From: Octopus bimaculoides
Taxonomy: Eukaryota
Reading direction: 5' to 3'
Length of the DNA stretch: 64,000 bases
NCBI RefSeq assembly: GCF_001194135.2
Contig: NC_068990.1
Coordinates: 68,588,681-68,652,680 of the forward strand
The position numbers and the translations under genes are program-made. This document shows, in pieces, positions 26,968 through 39,482 of this stretch. Position 1 is the stretch's first letter; each line of letters begins with the position of its first letter. The notes under the pieces are model-generated. The model made no database searches. It was not told where the DNA came from and saw only the letters and a list, made by a program, of their open reading frames with translations.

Positions 26968-27027
<60 letters not shown>

Positions 27028-27134
27028 ATGTGTGCGTGTGTATGTGCTTATTATATTGAGCCGTTTTCATAACCTAGCAGTTCAGCAAATATACTTCGAT
27101 AAAAATTGTAGCAAACTGGAATAGAGACTAAAAA

Positions 27135-27200
27135 CCAGAAACGCGGTGCTCCAGCCTGGCCGCAATTCAATGACCGTAACTGATTAAATGAATAAAAGTG
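27135..27200 (+). mobile_element. SINE family B 3' tail
   Basis: gcggtgctccagcctggccgcaattcaatgaccgtaac, as at 4470-4510. Confidence 0.6.
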
Positions 27201-28009
27201 TATGATGCGAAGAGTGTTAGCGCGCGTGCGTGCGGCTATGTGTGAGTCTATGTGTGTCTGCGTATGTACCTATTTCCCTTGTTTACAGGTTCTTTCACCG
27301 CAAGCCAGCATCAGCTATTTTTGACTACACCACACCCACTCACACCACAACCAGCCTCACCCTCCCACTCCCTTTACTCTCAGCTTCCATCACCCCTTCT
27401 GTCTGTCTGTCACTCTCTCTCTCTCTCTCTCTCTTCCTCTCTCTCTCCAACCACATAACGGTAGCTTTCTTTGCCCTATAGCTATTTATCATCAATAACT
27501 CCACCTCCTATAGTCGTCATTTAACTAATACTTACACATGTTTGGGTTTTGTTACTAACAATTACTATTATTATTATCATTATTCTTATTGCTTTTGTTG
27601 TTGCAGTACATTTTTCTCTCTTTCCTCAATCTTCTTGTCTTGAAACCTTCGCATTTATGCAAAAATCTTTCGCTTGCCTTTCTTTCATTCTCTCTTAATT
27701 TCTTTTTTTTCTTTCGTTCTTGATTTATTTATTTAATTATATAAGAATGTAATAGTATGGGGGTGGAATGGACCTGTCAATAATATGCATGTTTTCCATT
27801 CTCTTTGACACGTTAGGTGCTGGGTGTCAAACATAACTTCCAAATTCTCTTGTGTGTGTTCTGATGACTGACCTCGCAATTCACTTTCTGTATACTCAGA
27901 GTATAAGAAATTGTATGTCCAGGCTAAGCAGTACATCCTTTAGACATAGTATATACACACAGACTTATGCATGCTCGTATATGTGTGTGTGTGTACGTGT
28001 GAAAATGTG

Positions 28010-28860
28010 GGACTGGGAAGTGGTCAGTGCTAGTGTGTGCGTGGTGGTGTGATGTGATGTGATGTGTTGGTGTATGGTGGTGTATGGTGTAGTGGTGTGT
28101 GGTGTGGTGTGATGGTGTTGGGAGGTAGGGGAGGCGAGAGTGGGAAAAGCAAGGTTGGGTGTGGGTTAGGCTGAGGGTTTGGGGTTAGGGGTGGGGTATG
28201 TAGGACTGTGTGTAAGGGATGGGGTGGGGTGGATGGAAAGGTTAGAGAAGGTGGGGATGGAATGTGTAGGTGTGGGTGAGGTGACGAGGGAGGGGTGACG
28301 ATGAAGGGGAGGGAAGGAGTATGTGGTAGCAGTGAAGAGAAGAGAGAAGGAGAGTAGGAGTGAAGAGAAGTAGGAGTCGGAGCATGAGAGGAGAGGTGGG
28401 TGGGAGGAAGTAGGTGTGAGGGAGAGAGAGGCGAAGGGAAGAAGTTAGATGAAGAGAAGAAGAGGTTAGATGAAGAGGGGAAGAGGTTAGATGAAGAGGG
28501 GAAGAGAGTTGAGTCCAGTGGTACAAAGAAGCGAAGAGAGAAGATTAATCCTTGTTCACGACGTAAACGGGAGTTCAGATGGCCCCTGTACAAGGACAAT
28601 CCGAAGACGGACAAGTGTTGCAAAGAGTGACCGGTAGAGCAGAAATGGCGCGAGACCGGTGTGTCATTGCCGAGTCGTATGTCTCGGAGGTGTTCCGTGA
28701 ACCGGTCAGCCGAGCGGCGTCCCGTTTGCCCGATGTATAGAGAAGAGCAGAGAGAGCAGGAGATGCAGTAGATGACATTAGTAGAAGTGCAGGTGAAGGA
28801 GTCGGTAATGTGATATGGTCGATGATGGGTGCCGGTGAGGAGGATGGTATTGGAGAGGTG
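28010..28860 (-). mobile_element. Penelope-like element (Neptune-like): GIY-YIG endonuclease C-terminus and C-rich 3' region; 5' part lost in a gap
   Basis: FTCTSTNVIYCISCSLCSSLYIGQTGRRSADRFTEHLRDIR...PVSRHF...GHS...REQGLIFSL. Confidence 0.9.
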
Positions 28861-29724
28861 NNNNNNNNNNNNNNNNNNNNNNNNNNNNNNNNNNNNNNNN
28901 NNNNNNNNNNNNNNNNNNNNNNNNNNNNNNNNNNNNNNNNNNNNNNNNNNNNNNNNNNNNNNNNNNNNNNNNNNNNNNNNNNNNNNNNNNNNNNNNNNNN
29001 NNNNNNNNNNNNNNNNNNNNNNNNNNNNNNNNNNNNNNNNNNNNNNNNNNNNNNNNNNNNNNNNNNNNNNNNNNNNNNNNNNNNNNNNNNNNNNNNNNNN
29101 NNNNNNNNNNNNNNNNNNNNNNNNNNNNNNNNNNNNNNNNNNNNNNNNNNNNNNNNNNNNNNNNNNNNNNNNNNNNNNNNNNNNNNNNNNNNNNNNNNNN
29201 NNNNNNNNNNNNNNNNNNNNNNNNNNNNNNNNNNNNNNNNNNNNNNNNNNNNNNNNNNNNNNNNNNNNNNNNNNNNNNTATATATATATATATATATATA
29301 TCACGCCGAGAAAGTCTGCAGAGAGAAACTTTTCTCTGACGCAGAATCCCGAAGCTGTTTCCTTTCACTTCTCAGCTTACAGGAACGTATGAAAAGTAAA
29401 TGTATACATCTTTCTATTCATTCGCGATACTTTGTATGCTTGTACTAAATTAATTACAGGTTTGCACATGTTTCTGCACACACCAGCAAATGTAATTTTT
29501 GTAGTTTACTATGTATAGGAACATAAGTTGCGACCTAACTCCAATTATTTGTACGTGTGTGTTTATATGTAAATGTACGTAAACAGTGAGAGAGACATAT
29601 ATGTGTGTGTGAGTGTATATATGTGTGCATGCGTGTGTGTATATATGTATAAGTACGTAAACAGCGAGAGAGACATATATGTGTGTGTGTGTGTATGTGT
29701 GTTGTGTTGTGTGTATGTGTTGTG

Positions 29725-29803
<79 letters not shown>

Positions 29804-30296
29804 TATGAACCAGCTAGTATTAGAGCATATCTAAATCTATGAAAATCACATAATTCATGAAATTTCAGTAATAAATTTTATGAAAGAAATATTATCTCAG
29901 ATGAGACAATGGCAAAGGTGGCATCAAAAGTTTTGAGGATTTTATCTGCTGTTTCAAGAATTGAAACGATCTGTTAGGTTAAATATTAACCTACTGTTTA
30001 TTGCACACGTAGACAATTTTTCGTGATAATGAAACGATTATATTTGTCAAAATTCAATTCATTTCTTTCCAATGTACATCGACATTACTGACAATACAAT
30101 ATGGTAAAGTATACAACAGAAAAATAGATACCACGGGAATTTTCAGTCAATCAGCGGAGGGAAGAAGAGAAGAAGCGGAAGAATATCCTAGAATGTTATT
30201 ATTAGGGGGAAAAAGTAAATTGAATGTAAAGTGAAATGACAGGGTGAAATACAAATGAAACCATACGAAAAGATAAAGAACATATGTGTGTGTGTG

Positions 30297-30351
<55 letters not shown>

Positions 30352-31934
30352 ACGCGCGTTACATCGTAAATCATAATAACTCAGATTTAAATATTATAAA
30401 GCCTTACTGTGAGTTAAATAAGAATGTAAACACATTTTCCTTATATGTGCGGAATGTGATTTACNNNNNNNNNNNNNNTATATATATATATATATAAATA
30501 TATATGAATTAGAGAGGGCATGTTATTGTTGAAGTCGCGAATAGTGATGGAAAGCCTTTGACTAACTTAGTTGACTGATTAATTAACCGAATAGTTAATA
30601 AACAACTGATTAGCTACATGGTAGAATCGTTATCTGGTTGCTTACAAATACATATATCCTTGTTTATGATTATCATGAATGTTTGTTCTAAAAAACAGAC
30701 AATAACAAAATCCTGTTAAATGAATAAAAGAGCATATGAGAAAAGTTTCGAGTCCACAAGTTGTCCTGATCATTTGTGGCTGGTCACTGGAGTGCGTTTT
30801 TGAAGTTCACGAACAATCATCGACTGAATCGCACCGACCAATGCTATCACAGATGAATTCTGGATAAGCGTATCATGTTTCCCAATTAGAGTAACGTGTT
30901 ACCTAGATCTGTGATGGATGAATCGGTGATAAAGGGAGTTACATGTAATAAAGAAGTGGTGAAATAGGACCAGTGTGTCTGTATCTTATTGACTTAATGA
31001 TCCTCCTAGTACACAACTAAATATGACAATTATCTTACACATTTATAATTCGTCAAGGTGAACGTAATAACTTTATGTACCGCATTCTGACCCGAATTAC
31101 ATCTGATCAAAACAAACACTGCTTCACTAAAACAAAAACGCGGGTGCTTCTATTAAAACATAGCTAACGATTAATGGAAACAACCACCGATTTCCAACTG
31201 CCATTATTAAAGTTTTCTTTAACACATTTTGAAATTATAGCTCAGTAGGCGGAGATTAACATTATTTGAGAAAAACTATTCCTGAAGATTCTCAAGGAAA
31301 ACGAAACAATTTGTCTATTATGGAGAAGAGCAAATGATTCTGTAGAATTTAATTATAGAAAAGCAATGAGAATATAGCATATTGTATGTTTTGATATTAT
31401 TGTTGTTGCTGATGATGATGATGTTGTTGCTGTTGTCGTTGTTGTTCTTCTTCTTATTGTTGTTGTTACTGTTGATACTATTACTTCTACTACGACCACC
31501 ATGTATGATTTTATGAATATATCATCCTCATCATCACCACCGTCAAAAGGTTATACAGCCATGAATTCATGTTGGCAAATGTTAAAGTTTTCAGAAAATA
31601 ACAAGTATCTGATAGTTAAGAGACAAGAAATATATTTCTTTCTGTAATTACTCAGTCATTATAGCAGTGGAGCCTCGTTAATCAGATACGAGAGAGATAT
31701 CACATGCAGGTGTTATGGTCAGAATTAAAAATGGCGGCACTGCTGAAGATAGTTGTTATAATTGTGGTGGTGGGTTGGCGGTGGTAGTTTTGGTGATGGT
31801 GAAGAAGATTGTTCGAATTCGTATTGTCTAATTTGTAAGAATGGATAGGATGTAAGACAGAAAGAAATACAGGGGGAAAGAGAGGGAGAATGAGTATGTA
31901 ATATATATGTATATATATATATATGCATATATAA

Positions 31935-31992
<58 letters not shown>

Positions 31993-32404
31993 NNNNNNNN
32001 NNNNNNNNNNNNNNNNNNNNNNNNNNNNNNNNNNNNNNNNNNNNNNNNNNNNNNNNNNNNNNNNNNNNNNNNNNNNNNNNNNNNNNNNNNNNNNNNNNNN
32101 NNNNNNNNNNNNNNNNNNNNNNNNNNNNNNNNNNNNNNNNNNNNNNNNNNNNNNNNNNNNNATATATATAATATATATAGAGAGAGCGAGAGACAGACAG
32201 ACAGACAGACAGAGGGAGAAAGAAAGAAAGAAATAAAGAAAGAAAACTAAGCGAAATTGAGGAAAATCAAAACGAGAAAGAAAGGTAAAACACGACGGAG
32301 GCACATAAGGGGACAGACTGCCACGCAGGTAGTGAAATAGAAAAAGACGCAGACAAAGTATTAACTAGAACATCCAACTAAACCAGAATGCGTTGTTTAT
32401 AATG

Positions 32405-32472
32405 CTGTGGACTGCGGTGTGGAAATTCTATCGAAGTTCTATTCGTTGATAGAATTTCGCCAGCAGTGGCAG
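32405..32472. ncRNA. Candidate pre-miRNA-like hairpin (unverified)
   Basis: Perfect 11-bp gaaattctatc/gatagaatttc extends to about 19 bp with two single-nt bulges and one mismatch, plus a basal stem. It lies in non-repetitive-looking sequence. Confidence 0.3.
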
Positions 32473-32999
32473 ATACCGCTACTGTATCACGTTATTTCAC
32501 CGTATTGCGAATCATCAGTAGTAGGAAGCCTGGCACCGAAAGCACAATGTGAATGTGTTTGTTGTGAGTGTTGAGTGTGTTGTGTGTGTATATGTGTGTG
32601 TGTGTATGTGCGTGTGTGTGTGTGTGTGTGTGCATGTGTGTGTACACACACACACACGCACACACACACAAACAAACACTTCTATCATATGTGTATTTGT
32701 GCTTTTAAAGTCAGGCCAGTAATTGAATAATACCACAATACCTATTCATGCACAGCACAGCGTAAATGACAAAAAGAGAAATTTAGATATTATTTAAAAC
32801 TAAATAAACCTGTTCTTTGCGTAACGCTGATGTGTGAAAAAGAGAAAAGGAGTCATACGACGGGCCGTTTCACGGTCTAATCACCGTTTCACAGGAATTA
32901 AAAAGCACACAGAAGCCGGCTGCGTTACTCTACCAACAATACATATAAGCTGCTTACACACTGGTTGGTATTGTTGTCATTGCTATTGTTTTTGTCGTT

Positions 33000-33203
33000 A
33001 AGGCGGTGAACTGGCAGAATACTTTGCACACACGGAAAAATTCTTACCGGCATTTCGTTGGTCTTTATGTGCTGAGTTCAAATTCTCCGAGGTCAACTTT
33101 GCCCTCAGGGGTTGTTAAAATAAGCACAAATTGGGCATCGGGATCGATGTTATTGGACTAGCCCCTCCTATAAAATTTCAGGCCTGGTGCCTATATTAGA
33201 AAG
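33000..33203 (+). mobile_element. SINE family A, sense orientation
   Basis: aaggcggtgaactggcagaat A-box region, gagttcaaattc B box, then the central domain and cctggtgcctatattagaaa end. Confidence 0.9.
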
Positions 33204-33625
33204 TATTTATTATTATTGTTATTATATAACTGTTCAATATTTGGTAGATTGAGGCAAATTTCTGTTACATCACCTGCTACACTTACGTGTTGCTGGGGCG
33301 TGTGCAGCATTATGTGTTTTTTTTCCTGTTGAGAGTGTGCAAACTCTTCCCAATACTGTATTGTGTTAGCTATTTTTTATTGAGTCTTAGTGCTGTCTTT
33401 TGTTGTGTTACTGCTTTTATTGTATGTTGAATGTGTAATGCTTTGGTTTTCTACCTTGCTGGTGGGAGTTTATTTCATTGGGGGCTGCTTTGTTTAGGTT
33501 GTATTATTGGGTTGATAGTGTCTTGCGCAGGATGTGGGCTGTTCCTAGCAGGGCTATTTTTGGACAGTGTGTAGTGCTGAGGATCCAGTTATAGCTTCTA
33601 CATTTTTGATTTTTAAATGATTTTT
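33204..33625 (-). mobile_element. RLE LINE 3' end (distinct family) between (AAT)n tracts
   Basis: Minus strand gives VEAITGSSALHTVQK-(frameshift)-ALLGTAHILRKTLSTQ*, a 3' UTR of about 300 nt and an aat tail. Confidence 0.8.
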
Positions 33626-33632
33626 ATTATGA

Positions 33633-33672
<40 letters not shown>

Positions 33673-34134
33673 GTTATTGTTGTTGTTGTTATTTGTCAGA
33701 AGTTACAAACTAAACCAAGGGTCCAGAGTTCCGTACGTGGGGGTAGAATAATTTAAACCGATGCAAGTACGTCATAAACAAGTTGTTGTAAAAGAGAAAA
33801 TTGAACAGAAGAAAATGGTAAGACAGAGAGAGAGGAGGAGAGAGACGCAGAGAAAGATAGACAGACAGACGGAGATACCAATGAAAGTAAAAACGTGAAA
33901 ATGATGAATAGATAATAGACATGTTTTCTATATTATAAAACATTAATATTTATACTTCCAGAGTTTTATAATAAATATTTTCCTTGTAATTTCTAGCCAC
34001 AAAAGGCACCAAAGATAAATAAAACGAAATAAAAACAAATTTAAGAAATGAACCAAGATGGAGTCATTGTTTTATAGACAGAACGTCTTCGTTCGGTCGA
34101 CTATAGCCAATTGCAATCATAAACAGTTATACAT

Positions 34135-34151
34135 TCGCCAGGGGGCGTTAG
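34135..34151 (+). promoter_or_regulatory. CTCF-like motif
   Basis: tcgccagggggcgttag resembles the CTCF core CC(A/G)C(C/T)AGGGGGCGCT. Confidence 0.35.
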
Positions 34152-35224
34152 TGACTTGAATGAAGCAGTCAAAATTTGTAATCTAAATCGATTTAAGGGA
34201 CTTAGCCGACAGGTAAACGCCACCTACGATAACAGCAGAAATCAACATCGATGACAACAACAACAACAACAAAACCACCAGCATCAAGAACAACAATAAG
34301 AAACTAACATTAAGATGATTAAAAGATGAAGATGTTGATGACGGAAAGGATGGTGTTGAAGATTTCTTTATTTGCCACAGGGAAAAGAAAGACAAAGAAC
34401 TTTAAGTACACAATATGTCGGATACAATATACAAACAACGTAAAGTTATATGCATCATTTTCTTTTACCATACACATGCAACCATACGTTAACACATGTG
34501 GTTGAGTATACCTACCTACACACACACACTCACACACAGACTTTGTGTATATTACCCTCGGGAAGACAGTAAACATCAAGAATTCTTACTCTGTTGCATT
34601 GAGTTCATTTTTCGGGTGGATTAGGACGATCACCTGATTGGAATTTCTCTGTATTTCATAAATGCATACATACATAAATACATACATTATAAATACATAT
34701 ATACACACATACATACACACACATATATACATACATACATACATGCAAACATACATACGTTACATATATACGTAGGTACATGCATAAACACACGTTAAGT
34801 TTTCAATTGTTTAAAAGCCAATACAATGCAAATTGAAATAACGGAGTGAAAACAAGAAAGGTAGAACAACAGTTTTCACTTTACTTTATATTTCGAGGTG
34901 AATACTCCTTTGTGAAGAGAAAATGGAGGACGGTGTCGATCTGATATCTATTGTTTAGTTATATGGGTGGAGATTGTAACATGCGCAAACTGGTATTATT
35001 CAAATAAGTAATTCATACATACGTGTGTGTGTGTGTATGTATGTATGTATGTATGTATGTATGTATGTATGTATGTATGTATGTATGTATGTATCTGAGC
35101 ATATCATTTCTGTATTTATGAATAGCAATATGCCTATACACATTTTGTGTGCAAGTGTGCGCAAATAGATACAATAGAAAATTATAAATTAATTGTAGCT
35201 GCATACATAAGTGTATGCTTAAGA

Positions 35225-35400
35225 CATAAGCGTACTTACGGTTGTGTAGTTAAAAATTTCGCCTTACAACTACACGGTTTCGGGTTCAGTTTCACAGGGT
35301 GGCATGTTGGGTAAGCGTTTTCTGCTATAGTTTCGGATTGACCAAATTCTTTGTGAAGTGATTATCATAGACAGAAAATGAAAAAAGGCTCCCGTGTGTG
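35225..35400 (+). mobile_element. SINE family B, 5' half
   Basis: ggttgtgtagttaa, cgggttcagtttc, ggcatgttgggtaagcgttttctgctatag, gacagaaaatgaaaaaagg. Confidence 0.75.
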
Positions 35401-35406
35401 TATATA

Positions 35407-35838
35407 TACAGCGTGCGATGGGTAAATTGTCGCCATTTTATATTTTTAATTTCGCGCAAGCGTATTGTTTGTTTTTTGATATACACAGTATAGTAGGGTC
35501 AGTTGCGCACAGTCTGTGAAGAAAATAGCACCATGACGCAATTCACTCTACCAGAAATTTGAAAATGACATGCTGTACTGCATGGTATTCGCACCAGAAG
35601 CTCCAATACCAATATTTCAGAGTGTTTGAGTGTCTACCTGAGGACAGCGCAATCTGACAACACGTACCGAGATTTATAAAAATCAAACATCCAGTCAACA
35701 TCGTGGTGTTTGGAATGATTGCTAGTGATGGCGATGTTATGCCTTCATTCATCTTCCCACACAGCCTCACACTCAACACGGTGGCCTACATCAAGTGCCT
35801 GCAGGAGGTAGTGCTGCTCTGGGTCAAGAGGGTGGCTG
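35407..35838 (+). mobile_element. Tc1/mariner (maT/DD37D-like) transposon, left TIR plus deleted transposase
   Basis: TA-cagcgtgcgatgggtaaattgtcgcc end. 35679-35837 encodes KIKHPVNIVVFGMIASDGDVMPSFIFPHSLTLNTVAYIKCLQEVVLLWVKRVA, similar to the KHPxxVMVW region of the catalytic domain. Confidence 0.8.
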
Positions 35839-36049
35839 TTTCTCATTGTGTTTAACGTTTTTTGTAATGTCCTGTACCCATGTATGCATGTATGTATACA
35901 TATAGATGTAGGTATGTATATATATGTATGGATATATGCATATGTTTATATACTATTTATATTATTATATGATCGAACGCCACGCATCCTTTCCCAAGTA
36001 AGTATATATATACATATATATACATATATGTATGTAAGTATGTATGTAT

Positions 36050-36715
36050 GTTATCAACCAGTTTCATTTCTGATAGAGCCGGACTCTAACATAGATTCAA
36101 GGCTGCTTCATTGGAACTTTTATCAACATCATCTAGGTATTTGTGCATATGTGTGTGTGTGCAGTATTTGGTGTTAGTGTATGCGCAGATTTGTATGTTT
36201 GTTTTATGGATGCGTTTTTATGTCTAGATGCATGCATATGTATTTAAGTGCTAAATTCTTGGAAAGTTTTACATATCTTTACAGTTCCATTGATGGCTTG
36301 AATCTGTAGTCTTCTAATCAGCCTTTTTCTTTCAGGTTTTGAGAACCCTAATTTTTCCAGGTTTTTGTTGAGGCAGTTCGTTACATATCCCAATGCCCCA
36401 ACAATCACGGGTATGAATCTGAACTTGTAGTCTGGGTGGAGTATCTGTAAATTTCTCAGTAGCTCGGCGTAGTTGTTCTCTTTTTCTCTAATCTTTAGTG
36501 GGATGTTGACATCCGCAGGACAGCTGATTTCAACTACTGTACAGAGTTTCTCTTCTCTGTCCCAGATTACTATATCCGGTCTATTATGTCTGTACTTTAT
36601 TGAGGTTTTTATTGGGACATTCCACCAATACTCTTTCATATTGTGAGTGGTAATGGCCTCTACCTCATTATGGGTTTTCATCTCCTTAGACCTGGGGTTA
36701 TCCTGCATATGTGTT
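36050..36715 (-). mobile_element. RLE LINE 3' end with an intact-looking restriction-like endonuclease segment and (ACAT)n tail
   Basis: ORF 36244-36708 gives HNRPDIVIWDREEKLCTVVEISCP...REKENNY...FIPVIVGALG...GTVKICKTF (PD..E..K motif). The 3' UTR ends in acatacatacat. Confidence 0.9.
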
Positions 36716-36734
36716 TTTCATCTCATAAGGCCTT

Positions 36735-36895
36735 AACAACCTCTACTATATACGACACTGTCTCCTTAGCTGCTCTACAAAATGAAACCGATAGAATAAG
36801 TAGCAGACTATCTGTTCGACTAAACCCTTCAAGGTAGTTCCCCTCAACACCTGCAGTCCAGTGACTGAAACAAGCAAAAGAATTAATGTATAACA
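36735..36895 (+). mobile_element. SINE family B, 3' half
   Basis: aaaccgatagaataagtagcag...gtgactgaaacaagcaaaagaat. Confidence 0.7.
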
Positions 36896-38451
36896 ATATA
36901 TAAAGCGCAGTAAAGCCCTTTTCTCAATGCGCTCAGCCCATACGCTTTTCTCTCTACCCTTCAAAATAAACTGAAATAGTTGGGTGTTTTTATTTCTAAT
37001 GACAGTCGGCTCCACACAGTAGTTGTTTCATATAATTCCATCACTTAAACAATGCTGGTTTGCTTTGTATTTTTCTCTTTTTCCAGGTCTCGACAGATGT
37101 GTAACATAACTCAAGTCATTGATTTGATTACAATGCATCATCATCACAGCAGCAGATATTTATAGAGTGCGCAATGGTAGAAGTTGTTGTCGTCTTGTTC
37201 CGATCGGTTTCGAACTTAAAACTAAACGATGCATGCACGACGTCTGTAGTTCGACTTTTTCTGTCATTCCACTGAAGGTGCGATACGCATTTAACGATGC
37301 TGATGCTGATGCGAAAACAAGGATGATGACAAAGATAATAATGTTGATAAATGTGATGAGGACTGTGGTGCTTATGATTGCAATTTCTGACACTAGCACA
37401 ACAATAAATATTCTATTTTGTGTCAGCCTTGCTTTTATGAAAGATCATAATATATTTCAGCGTGTGTGTGTGTGTGTGTGCGTGATATTTCAGATATTCC
37501 ATTAGATCACCATCTTTGCTCAACGTAGGATTACACTCCCTATACAATCTGACACGGTATAGAGGCTATGGAAAAATTGGGATTTATGAGGTTTCTGCGT
37601 TTCAGTTTTTATTTGTAATATCAAACCTTGCTGTATATTGTTGGACAAGGTACTTTATATGAATATAGAATATTGCTGAAGATATACAACATAATGATGT
37701 TTGAGTTTAGCACAAAAGCCAATACTGAGGGAAAGGACAGTATCGATCAAGTCAGCCCTTCTAGTTGATATCTACGGAGTTTGAACCCAGAATATACGTG
37801 CTCCGAACACGAAATGATACTGGATCTTATATTCGAATCAGTGAATGCTCTTGTCGGAGACTGATGATTGTGATGCCAACGATTAGAAAGCTATGGAATT
37901 GAAAGATACTTAGTGATCAATATGTCGTGTTCACAAACACAAAACTGGCATTGAGGAAGAAAATTCATCTAAATACAACCATTTCCAAGAAGTAAGACAA
38001 AATTAAAGAAAGCTTATCATGGATATTGAAGTAGTCTCTATCGTTGTAGAATCTTTGGGAAAATTTAAAATATAAAATAAAAGTAATATGAGTCAGCATA
38101 AGTACCCTTAAAATCGCTAATTGCAGCAAAAGAAAAGTGCCCACACTTGTAGAAAACATGCCCCAAAACTTTAGAATACAATTGTCCTTATAATTAAAAT
38201 ATCAAGTGTCGAAACCTAACGAAAACCAGTAGAGAAGTACAGCAGAATTCTGCAAATTCCCCAAACCAATGTAAAACATCTGCAGAATTTTAAGATTTTG
38301 TCCAGAGGAGAACAACAAACTAGAGTTAACAGTAAATTGCATTCATATCTTTTCCCTCTCTGTTTTATCAGGCGCGCGCGCACGCGCACGCACACACACA
38401 CACACACACACTTACACTCAACACGCACACATATCCTAGAACGCATATATA

Positions 38452-38509
<58 letters not shown>

Positions 38510-38528
38510 TAGTAATAATAATAATAAT

Positions 38529-38917
38529 TCCTTTCTACTATAGGCACAAGGCCTGGATTTTTGTGGAGAGGAGACAATTGATCACATCGATCTCAGTATT
38601 TGACTGATACTTAATTTATTGACCCCGAAAGGATGAAAGGCAAAGTCAACCTCGGCGGAATTTGAACTTTGAATGTAAAGACGGATGAAAAACTGCTAAG
38701 CATTTTTCCCGACATGCTATCGTTTCTGGCAGCTCATCGCTTTAACAATAATAAGAATATAGATTTCAACTTTTGGCACAAGGCCAGTAAGTTCTGGAGA
38801 CGGGGTGAGTCGATTACATCGACCCCAAGCGGAATTTGAACTCGGAACGTAAAGATGGACAAAATACTGCTAAGCATTTTCTCCGGCGTGCTAACGATTC
38901 TGCTAACTCGCCGCTTT
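38529..38917 (-). mobile_element. Two tandem SINE family A copies (38529-38743, 38763-38917) preceded by (AAT)n
   Basis: Both match 62961-63173; the second lacks the central domain. Confidence 0.9.
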
Positions 38918-39482
38918 AGCACTAATAAGAATATTGTTGATGATCTCATATTATTTCAATGCCACCATTTTTTATTCACGTGAACCCCAAACACTATTAC
39001 ATCATTTAAAGCCTGGCACTTTTTCTTAAACTAATAATATCTGATTGAGATACATACATTGCCCCACATTTCGTAGGAAGAAAGTTACAATCAATTAAAT
39101 TGCTATCCATCATCGTATGTGACTGGTACTTATTGTGTTGAACTACCAGGATGGAAGGAAAACTTGGCCTCAGATTGTTCATTTAAACAGAGAAACGTGA
39201 AACAACGTAAAATACAATATACTGTTTGTTAAAAATTACGCTTAGAAGGAAATTAGGTAAATTGAAACAAATCGTATTTCCTAATGAATATTTGATGATA
39301 TCAAGTACGATTCATTTTGTACATAACTTTTGGTTCTTCATTATTCAGCTTCGCACTTCGAATACATTAACTGATTTACATTTTATTAATGTGCAGAATT
39401 TAGTAACTGACTTTTGAGTTTGCCAGTTTGCGTTTGCCATTTTTTTCATTTTATTGTTTTTCTTTTATTTGTTTCATTCATT

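Noticed and set aside
27855-27915. CTGATGA near the Neptune-like PLE as a hammerhead
   Set aside because: No helix II closing onto a GAAA at a suitable distance.
30844-30917. 11-bp stem ctatcacagat/atctgtgatgg
   Set aside because: The interior of about 50 nt is poorly paired, there are no snoRNA boxes, and it is compatible with chance.
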